Positions 53,661-64,000 of a stretch of DNA of 64,000 nt are shown here, piece by piece. The notes under the pieces were generated by a model that saw only the letters and a program-made list of their open reading frames with translations, was not told where the DNA came from and made no database searches. This DNA comes from Eledone cirrhosa (Eukaryota): NCBI GenBank assembly GCA_964016885.1, contig OZ024742.1, forward strand, positions 104,284,001-104,348,000, in the 5' to 3' direction. Numbering within the stretch: the first letter of the stretch is position 1; each line of letters begins with the position of its first letter. The position numbers and the translations under genes are program-made.

Positions 53661-56315
53661 TAAGTGTGACAAACAAATGTCATGGTCTTTTTTTATCTTC
53701 AAAGTCTAAGTAGTGTTGTATATATATTGAAGGACATACAGTTTGTTTTTTTTTCCCACACGTGGTGATATTGATAATGGTATATAACACTTTTTATGCA
53801 GGGATTACCTGAGGCAAAAAAAAACTATTTCAAGGGTTCCACAAAGGAAGTAGGTTGAGAAAGGCCACATTAGATGCTTGGATATTTTGTTCCATGTCTT
53901 TATACTCTGAGTTCAAACCTTGCTGAGATCCACTTTACCTTTCATCTTTTCAAGGTCGATAAAGAATGTGCCCAGCTAGTGCTAGTGCAGCCCTCTTCCT
54001 TTCCAGTTGTCACATCCTGGATATTTTGTTGGATCAAGGGATGGAGAGTCAACAAAATAGACACCTTAAACTCTTAGTGAAAGCGTGGTACATACTACTA
54101 AGTCATACTCGATTGTGAGAAACAGCTGTACTTTTTATTTATAGATTTAGATGATAATTATGTGAGATAAAGCCTTTACTGTGAAAATACAATAGTATAT
54201 ATAGAGTAATGTAAATGCTAAAGGGTTAAATCAGAGAGAAATGCACAATTGTCAACAAAGATACCAATGAAAATGTCTTCCACATGCCCAACTCTAGCTA
54301 TTTTATTGCAACCAGTTCCAGTTCTAGAACAAAGTATGTCACCTGATCTACCAATTCTAACAGATCATCTGAGGCTATCTAAGCTATTCATGGCTGTTCT
54401 CTTATCTTCTATAGTACACATGGTGCAGACAATCGATTTGACAGAGTTAATAGAGCAGTGTTTCTCAACTAGTGTCCCCGGAACCTTATGGTTCCGCAAG
54501 AGGTCGCTAGGGGTTCTGTGAGAAAGTAATAAATAAGCTAATAAATCAGACTTTTCTTGTATTTTCTTTGCAGATTGTTTGCAACAATAAAATCCCCAAA
54601 TCCATACAAACTACTATAGAATAAGATAAACACACACATTATATGCACATCATAAAAACATGACTGATGGCCTATAACAGTCAAATTTCAAATTTCCACA
54701 AATTTCAAAACAAATGCTGGTGATGACAGTTATATAAAATCTCAAACTATATCTGCCAACAACAAAAAAGACTGAAATATGGCAACATTCCACATCTTGA
54801 TGATGAGGTTGTAAATGTCTAGAAACACTTATAAGAAAATACCAAAAAAAATCTGATAAAAGAGTCAAAACTTGAACATAGTCCTGTTTTTAACTTTTAA
54901 TGTCCAGTCACATGAAACCACATGAACAAGACATTTTTGAAAAGTACAAAACAATACTATGAATGATCACATTAAAAATTCAAGTGTTTAATTTAGTTTA
55001 CCATGAATGTTTACAATGATCTGTCCACATGTAATGATACTTGAAACATTTGAATTAACAAACCTAATTTTAGATATTTTCAACTAAATCATTACAGAAT
55101 GTTAAGAGTTAGTAATACATCCAAAAGAAAATTTCCCCCATATATATAATATATACATACAAACATACATGCTAGACAACAGTAACTTTAATGAGAGGTT
55201 GATCTCTAGCATTTAAATATTGTCCTAGAAACACTTTTAACTAGATCCCATGGACACTGAGAAAGCTAACTTCAGATGAATGGTTTGTGGGAGCTGTTCA
55301 GGCAGAGTTTAATAGCACAAAAAGTAAAACAAAATCTGCAGCAGCTAATTTAGAAGTTTAGTACACAGTGATGTGATCACAAGGTTCTGTTCTCAGTTTT
55401 CTCTTCCTGTTAGATCTTGAGGTTATCGTGTTTATTGATAACCTAATGGAGTCTTTTTATTCTAATTCTATTGTGTTTAGTCTGGACAACTAATCTATCA
55501 TGCTAGAAGTAGACTTTGCTTTTATAATAAGAGAACAATTGGAATGTATTAAAATTAGTTGAGCGAAGTATATGTTGATGATAATTGCTTCTCGGGTTAA
55601 TTTTATATAATGATATTATTTACAACAAACATTCCAAAGATTCAATGATTTGTTTAAGTAAATAATATTAAAATCTGCACTTGAGAATCAGATTTATCTT
55701 GAAGTTTAAGTACATAGGCATGAAAATACATATAGACGCATGAATGCACTCACAAAATTTATGTGATCTAAAAGATACAAAATTGCTCCTCTCTGTCTAG
55801 TGAAAGAATCAAGCATTAAAATTAACTAAATCCAGCAATATCAGATGTCACAGACTTGAAGAGTTAAAAAGATTCAATGTGAAAAGAGCAAATCATGAAG
55901 GATATGTGTCCTCTTGTTTAAATTGCTGTGTATTTCAATGATTTCCTGTGTTAGCTATTGGAGTACAGGAAAGGCTGTAAGTTGTATGAGCAGCCCATGT
56001 TTGTGAAGTTTTATAGTTAGAATATCTAGATTAATTGACTAAGAGGTTGGGAGATGGAGAGGTTGTAGAAGGTGAAAGAACTTATAGCAACAGATTCACA
56101 TTAACAAACGCTTACACAATATACTTACATATAACATAGACACAGATGTACATAAAGACACACACAAACATACATTGTAAAACATGTCAGATTGTATTCT
56201 GCCAATATTTTATATAATTTTAGCAATTATATATACGTGCCTGAGTGTGCACACACATACATGCACTCACTCGCATGCATGTATGTGTGTGCAAAACAAA
56301 AAGTTTAAAGTATAC

Positions 56316-56348
<33 letters not shown>

Positions 56349-56407
56349 CACATAAATATATATACTTTATACTTTTGTTTTGCACATATGTACGTACTCA
56401 CATATAT

Positions 56408-56482
<75 letters not shown>

Positions 56483-57503
56483 AACCCACTTAACTTACAA
56501 AAAAATAAAATAACATTTAGAGAAAATCCAATTTTTTTTTTAAATTCTAAATTTCTATATTTTAATGTAAATGTTGACAATAGCACTGTAGCCAGGCTGT
56601 AGTATTTGTATTAAATCCCAAGACATAGAACTGAGAGATAAATAAGGGTGGAGCTTAAAATAGCAGAACTACAATTTGTTTTTTTTTTAACAATAGCATC
56701 CAGCATTTTAAGTAGTCAAGGTTCTTTATTATGTTTGAAACAGTGTGGTCTTTAAGGCAAGTGTGGCTTATATTAACAGAGAACAAGAAACAAAATTGCT
56801 TCATTGGAATCTAGTATCAACTATTTTTCTGTAAAACAGTTTTATCTATGTGTATGTAGAATGTCAACCTAGAGTCAGGTTCAAGCACTTAAATTTCATG
56901 AGTGTTTGGTCCTGTGTGATCTATAAAGCAAGTATGGCTTATATCATAAGTGAGCATGTGTCAACATCAAATGATTTATTCAATATATACAATCTCTCAA
57001 TGTCATGAAAAGCCATTGACATTATATGAAAATAATTGAGCAGTATCTAATAAAAACAAATCACTATTAAAGGAAACAGGAAAGGAAAGCAAAAAGAAAA
57101 TGAAAAGGAGAAAAAGAAAGAAGGATCAAGCAACAAAAGAAAGGGAGAGGTGGAAGGGTAAACACTACACCCCAGTCTGAGTGGTACCTCAGCAGTGCCC
57201 TGTGGACAAGAGGCAAAAACAGTACTGCGAAAAATAGCCAGGGACACCTGCTGCAATAGTCACCCCCGCCCCCACACACTTGTGTGAAAATTATGAAACT
57301 AGAATCAACCATTTATTCTGTAAAACAGTATTATCTTATGTGCTTATAGAATATCAACCTAGAATGATCTGAACTCATCCTTTGGACTGAGTGCTCTACC
57401 AACTTTGGATATAACCTCCTGGTTTTTCACTACTATATATATATAGTTGATAAATGAAACAAAACAAACACATGGATGCAAAAATACAAAGTCATATTAT
57501 GTT

Positions 57504-57558
<55 letters not shown>

Positions 57559-58064
57559 ATATACCTGATTGCATTTATTTATCAATATATTTTACCAGTT
57601 ATATGTTGTGAGTTTTAACTGTTTAAAAGGGTTCAAGATTAACTCCTAAATTCATGTCTTTACTATAGGGTGTTAGAAGTCATAGCATTAAGTTGAAACT
57701 GATACTGGTAGTAAAACTAGTATTTAATATACTTCTTGTGTTTCAATTAATTTTCAAAATAAACAAGAATTTTCAGGGAGTTCATAAAATACCTTTTTTA
57801 TGTTATAAAACTAGTGTTTGAAACAGTTTAACAAAATGTTCATTACATAAAATTATTATGTTTGGTTTTATACCATAGAACCAGAATCTGTCTCAAGTTG
57901 ATTCATATCAAATCGTTTAACAGATTCAATTCTTCAATACCTGATACCAAACATATACATATGAATCTCTTAACTTGTCAATAGATATACTATATATACT
58001 TAATATAAACAGAGGAATATGTGATAAAAAAAATTGATGTTAAAATGGGAGGTTAATTTATAAT

Positions 58065-58179
58065 TGTTTCTACTATTGGCACAAGGCCAGAAAATTACCC
58101 AGTACATTACTGGTACTTTATTTTATCGACCCCGTAAGGATGAAAGGCAAAGTTAACCTCGGCGGGATTTGAACTCAAA
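58065..58179 (-). mobile_element. 5'-truncated SINE family 1 with perfect 17-bp TSD
   Basis: ggaggttaatttataat at 58048-58064 and 58180-58196. Confidence 0.9.
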
Positions 58180-58632
58180 GGAGGTTAATTTATAATGCTG
58201 TCTAAACAATGTATTGATTAGCTACCTTGGTTTATAAATGGGATTTGGATTTTTACCTATTTCTCAGATATAAAATAGAGGATTCATCTTATATTTGAAC
58301 ATGTACAGTAATCTATCTCATAATTTAATACTGACCAGTCAACACTCATTGCTTCTTCCCTGTGCTGTACTGACAGAACTTCCTGATATTGCAATATATT
58401 TATTACTAGAAGAACTTTGGTAAAGTTTATATACATTTTTTCTTCAAACTTGCATCTTAGACTTAGCTCCATCTAATTGATTATTTGTCAAGTTAATTTC
58501 TACGGACTAAGAGGAAAGACTAGGTAAATTTTATTTGACTGTTCCTCACAGAGGATGGTCTGTGACATTTATCTGTTATTTCTTCAAAGTTACATTTTAA
58601 ACTTAACTCCATTTAATTGATTATCTATCTAA

Positions 58633-59007
58633 AGTGACGGCAAAAGACCTGACGGTCTTACCCTGTGCCCCTGGTCGAGAGGCAGGTGCCTTGTCTGGGA
58701 CGTCACTGTTAGTGACTCTTTTGCTCTTTCCCACATCCTGAATGCTGCGGTTAGGTCGAGAGCCACAGCTTCTGCAGCCGAGCGGAGTAAGACCCTCAAA
58801 TACTCTGATCTGTCAGCCAGCTACATTTTTCAGCCTGTGGCTTTCGAGACGTTTGGGGGAGTCGGGCCGCTGACTGCAAGGTTCGTCTCTTCATTGGTGG
58901 CTCGCCTAATAGGGGTAACTGGTGAATCTCGCGTGGGCGCTTGGCTGTTTCAGCGCATCACCCGAGGCAATGCTGCGAGTGTGTTGGCTTGCCTCAAAAA
59001 TCATTAG
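58633..59007 (+). mobile_element. CRE-clade non-LTR retrotransposon 3' end (restriction-like endonuclease)
   Basis: Stop-free frame SDGKRPDGLTLCPWSRGRCLVWDVTVSD...AAERSKTLKY..L...YIFQPVAFETFGGVG...WLFQRITRGNAASVL. GC/CpG-rich; followed by (TA)n. Confidence 0.85.
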
Positions 59008-59029
59008 AGAGGTTGCCCAGTACATCGTC

Positions 59030-59076
<47 letters not shown>

Positions 59077-59315
59077 TATTAGACATAGATGCAATTCAAT
59101 TTAAGCACTCAACATCATGTTACTTCTTCAAAACAAGGATGACGGAGTATAATTATCCTCGTCATCATCGTTTAACGTCTATTTTCCTCTCTAGCATGGG
59201 TTAGACGGGTTTGTCCCATTAGAGACAAGTTGGCTTGAGTGACCATGTCTTGCTCATATAGGACTGTTTCTGGCTGGGTTTCTACAGCTGGATGTCCTTC
59301 CTAACACAACCACAT

Positions 59316-60680
59316 TTACAGTGTATGCTGTACACTTTTTGTCGTGTCTCCTACATGACCACTTCACAGTGTAGACTGGATGTTTTTTGTCGTGTCACCT
59401 ACATGACCACTTCACAGTGCGGACTGGATGTTTTTTGTCATGTCTCCTACATGACCACTTCACAGTGTGAACTGGATGTTTTTTGTTGTGTCTCCTACAT
59501 GACCACTTCACAGTGCGGACTGGATGTTTTTTGTCATGTCTCCTACATGACCACTTCACAGTGTGGACTGGATGTTTTTTTGTCTCCTACATGACCACTT
59601 CACAGTGTGGACTGGATGCTTTTTGTCGTGTCTCCTACATGACCACTTCACAGTGTGGACTGGATGCTTTTTGTCGTGTCTCCTACATGACCACTTCACA
59701 GTGTGGACTGGATGCTTTTTGTCGTGTCTCCTACATGACCAGTTTACAGTGTGGACTGGATGCTTTTTGTCGTGTCTCCTACATGACCAGGTTACAGTGT
59801 AGACTGGATGCTTTTTGTCGTGTCTCCTACATGACCAGGTTACAGTGTAGACTGGATGCTTTTTGTTGTGTCTCCTACATGACCAGTTTACAGTATGGAC
59901 TGGATGCTTTTTGTCGTGTCTCCTACATGACCAGTTTACAGTGTGGACTGGATGCTTTTTGTCGTGTCTCCTACATGACCAGTTTACAGTGTGGACTGGA
60001 TGCTTTTTGTCGTGTCTCCTACATGACCAGGTTACAGTGTAGACTGGATGCTTTTTGTTGTGTCTCCTACATGACCAGTTTACAGTATGGACTGGATGCT
60101 TTTTGTCGTGTCTCCTACATGACCAGTTTACAGTGTGGACTGGATGCTTTTTGTCGTGTCTGCTACATGACCAGTTTACAGTGTGGACTGGATGCTTTTT
60201 GTCGTGTCTCCTACATGACCAGGTTACAGTGTAGACTGGATGCTTTTAGTCGTGTCTCCTACATGACCAGTTTACAGTGTGGACTAGATGCTTTTTGTCG
60301 TGTCTCCTACATGACCAGTTTACAGTGTGGACTGGGTGCTTTTTGTCGTGTCTCCTACATGACCAGTTTACAGTGTGGACTGGATGCTTTTTGTTGTGTC
60401 TCCTACATGACCAGGTTACAGTGTAGACTGGATGCTTTTTGTCGTGTCTCCTACATGACCAGGTTACAGTGTAGACTGGATGCTTTTTGTCGTGTCTCCT
60501 ACATGACCAGTTTACAGTGTGGACTGGATGCTTTTTGTCGTGTCTCCTACATGACCAGTTTACAGTGTGGACTGGATGCTTTTTGTCGTGTCTCCTACAT
60601 GACCAGTTTACAGTGTAGACTGGATGCTTTTTGTCGTGTCTCCTACATGACCAGTTTACAGTGTGGACTGGATGTTTTTG
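59316..60680. repeat. 48-bp minisatellite, about 28 copies, inside a family 3 SINE
   Basis: Unit ctggatgctttttgtcgtgtctcctacatgaccagtttacagtgtgga; 16-aa period in ORF 59483..60694. Confidence 0.95.
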
Positions 60681-60894
60681 TGATACCAACATAACTTTAC
60701 AAGGTAAGGGTGGTGTGGGTGGAAGTGGGAAAGTTGTAGATGTTCTTGTGATTTCATCAGACAGCAAAATTGAGTAAAAGATTACGTTTCTGAGGGTTAA
60801 ATAATCAAGTGACCATGATTGTCATTGAAATACGTATCACAGCTTTATTGATAAAGAACTATTTAACATCTACAACTTCGTATTTTCCTCATAC

Positions 60895-60928
<34 letters not shown>

Positions 60929-60932
60929 TACA

Positions 60933-60963
<31 letters not shown>

Positions 60964-61709
60964 GTGATGATGATTATGCTAATGGAAGCAGTACAAATTC
61001 CAACAGCTGGACCAAATCAACATTGCATATTGACCAGAAATTTAGGTTGCTCATTGATTTTCATAAAGTAGTCATGGACAGTGGTGGTGGTGGTGGTGGT
61101 GGGGGGAGGGGGGGGGGGTATGACATGGCTCCTCCCTTACTGACCACCGAACTAAGTATATATGAAATCTGATAAATAGACAGGAATAAGTAAATCAACA
61201 TTGTACACATTGAAAATAATCAAGCCAATAATATAACAACAACAACACTAATAAACCAACCACTTGCTTATTTGATTTACTCTTTTTAATTACGTCCCCT
61301 TTCCTAACTCTTTAAACACCAACCAACTCACTAAAGAATTTATTAATTCAATTGAGTGTAATGTAAAGGTTAGGAATATATTATTATCATTGATTCATTA
61401 TTATTATTATTTTAGTTTTTATTATTATTATAAACTATTGGAAAGTAATTAGTAAGCAGACTGGACTCTACTAGTATGTTATTGTCCAAAGCCAAATATG
61501 TTAAAGTGGTTAAACTGTATGGAGAGAGGGGCACAAAAAAAAACAAATATATGAAATAAATAAAATAGTATAAGGAAAACTATAGAACACACTTTTCAGT
61601 GCAGTAAACAAGATTGGATAAGGGTGGGCAGAAGTGTATTTATAATATATACTGTAAACACTATTTTCAATAGCGTAAAGAGTATATTGACAGACATTAA
61701 GGAATTAAT

Positions 61710-62395
61710 AATAATAATGGTTTCTTATATAGGCACAAGGTCAGCAATTTTGGGGGAGGGGAAAGTCGATTATATCGACTCCAGTGCATTACTGATGCTT
61801 TATTTTATCGACCCCTTAAGGATGAAAGGTAAAATTAACCTCAGCGGGATTTGAACTCAGACCGCAAAAGACCGTAACTCTATGCTGCAAAGCATGGTGT
61901 CCAACTCTCTGTAGATACTACCAATCCACTGCCCTGGAATTAATAATAATAATAGTTTCTACTTTAGGCAGAAGGCCAGCAATTTGGGGAGAGGGGGAAG
62001 TTGATTAACTTGACCCCAGTGCATTACTGGTGCTTTATTTTATCAACCGTGCAAGGATGAAAGGCAAAGCTAACCTCGGCGGGATTTGAACTCAGAATGT
62101 AAAGGGGCATAACTCTATGCCATAAAGCATGTTGTCCGACGCTCTAACGATTCTGCCAGTCCACCGCCCATTAGTAATAATAATGATGATATTAATTGTT
62201 TCTACTTTTGGCACAAGGCCAGAAATAACCCAGTACATTACTGGTACTTTATTTTATCGACCCCGAAAGGATGAAAGGCAAAGTTAACCTCAATAATAAT
62301 GATTATGATGATGTTGATGATGATGATTTTTAATCTAGGCACAAGGCCAGCAATTTGTAGTGGAGTGAAAGTTTGTAATATCAACCCCAGTATTT
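61710..62395 (-). mobile_element. Head-to-tail cluster of four SINE family 1 copies (two long, two partial)
   Basis: Repeated tttctact..ggcacaaggccag...ggatgaaaggcaaag units separated by (AAT)n tails. Confidence 0.8.
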
Positions 62396-62687
62396 GATAA
62401 TGATGATCATGATGATGATGATGATAAGCACAAACAAAAAATAAATAAAAATATTTAGTTAATGAAGTTAATGAATCAATTATTTTCCTACATGAAGTGA
62501 AATAATGAATGATAATTCAGAACGGATATTGTAGAAATACTTTAATGGGTTTGAGTATAAATAAATTGGTCAGTTGCCATTGGGAACAAAAAGATCAGCA
62601 GGTGGGTGGACCATTCTTAAATACATTACTAACTTAAACAGACCAGTTACATTCTAGATACATATACATAAACATTATATGTGTATG

Positions 62688-62717
<30 letters not shown>

Positions 62718-62718
<1 letters not shown>

Positions 62719-63020
62719 CATCATCATCATCATCATCAACGTTTAACGTCCGTGTTCCACGCTTGCATGGGTTTGGACGGGGGTAGTCCCACTTGAGGCA
62801 AGAGTGATTGTCTTGCTCGCATAGGACTGTCTGGCAGGTTTTCTACAGTTGGATGCCCTTCCTAACACCAACCACATTTACAGTGTGGGTCTGGGAGGTT
62901 TTTACCGTGTTGCCTACACGGCCACATTACAGCGTGGACTGTGTGTTTTTTTTGTCGTGACACCTACACGATCTCATTTGTTTCGGCCTGGATGGCGCGG
63001 CACCAACATAACTTTACATA
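62718..63020 (-). mobile_element. SINE family 3 with (GAT)n tail and 2-3 internal units of about 48 bp
   Basis: catcatc..gtttaacgtcc...ggatgcccttcctaacaccaaccacatttacagtgtg. Relatives at about 20160-20530, 27060-27446, 38515-38635, 40060-40220, 44200-44360. Confidence 0.75.
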
Positions 63021-63111
63021 GAACGGGGTGGTGTGGATGGGGTGGGGGTGGCGGCGGGAGGGGTGTATTTTGTTAGAGATGCCTACTGGCAAGGCGGGTC
63101 TTCTCTGTTAC

Positions 63112-63157
<46 letters not shown>

Positions 63158-63335
63158 GGTAAACATTGATGCAATTCAATTCAAGCACTCAACGTACTTT
63201 TTCCACATAGGAGTGACGGAGTAAATATCGAATAAGTAAAAGCGAAGAACAGTGTGGCCAGTGTCGCCATTGAAATATGTATCACAGCATTGTTATTAGA
63301 GGACTTGAACATCTGAAACTACTTCGCTTTTACTT

Positions 63336-63374
<39 letters not shown>

Positions 63375-63491
63375 TAAAGGAGTTGTGGTAAGGAACCAGA
63401 TGGACCATAACGCGCCAGAGTACACAGTCCAGAATAGCTGTCGAAACGGCTTGAGCTCTGCCATCGAGGTCATACCTTTTCCTCTATATAT

Positions 63492-63681
63492 ATAGCTTTC
63501 ACCGTATTTTTGACTAAAGGAATTTTAGCCTGATAATGGGGTTTAGAACCCTCAGATAAATGGAAAAAGATGAGTATTGACGTACATGTACGTCAATACT
63601 CATCTTTTTCCATTTATCTGAGGGTTCTAAACCCCATTATCAGGCTAAAATTCCTTTAGTCAAAAATACGGTGAAAGCTAT
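63492..63681. repeat. Perfect 190-bp palindrome with no spacer
   Basis: Centre gacgtaca|tgtacgtc at 63586/63587; the 95-bp arms are exact reverse complements. Confidence 0.95.
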
Positions 63682-64000
63682 TCTATTTCTAATTTCAAAC
63701 CTGCTCACTGTTTCAAAACATACTTACTTGATATATATATATATATATACACATACATATATGTGTGTGTGTATCCCGGGTTCAATTGGGGGTTACCACA
63801 GTAAATAAGGTACTCAATACATAGCAGAGTAAAATTTTTTATACAGAAATGGCTTCTACAGGACTAGAACTGTTTCATTTGAAGGAAATCATCAGGACTT
63901 TCCTGATATATATGTGTGTGTCTCGATATTAATAGTGGAGAAATAAAACATTTGCATAGAATAATTTTCTTTTCATTCCATTTTCCATGAACTTTTTAAA

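Noticed and set aside
59316-60680. CRISPR-like array or 403-aa Cys-rich repeat protein
   Set aside because: Units are contiguous with no unique spacers, there are no cas genes, and the context is a eukaryotic intron. The unit derives from a SINE, and 48 bp simply keeps the frame open.

Overview
AT-rich, microsatellite- and SINE-dense eukaryotic DNA. The repeat families suggest an octopod cephalopod, but this is inference. The window lies inside one large minus-strand gene, a tensin. Seven GT-AG exons with matching phases were reconstructed by hand: 51801-51988, 50625-50708, 43870-44043, 41268-41470, 29015-29083, 3884-3994 and 993-1199. They encode the PTEN-like phosphatase and C2 domains and the start of the linker; the gene runs off both ends. 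The introns hold tRNA-derived SINEs, LINE remnants (RTE, CR1, R4/Dong, CRE), Penelope-like pieces, TTAA- and TA-type MITEs and two large minisatellites. Almost all of the ORF track is repeat noise. Most notable are several minimal hammerhead-ribozyme motifs (one pair inside a 205-bp inverted repeat), long palindromes able to form dsRNA, an intact PTEN-like HCKGGKGR loop, and candidate micro-exons or an internal first exon. No prokaryotic-type system is present.
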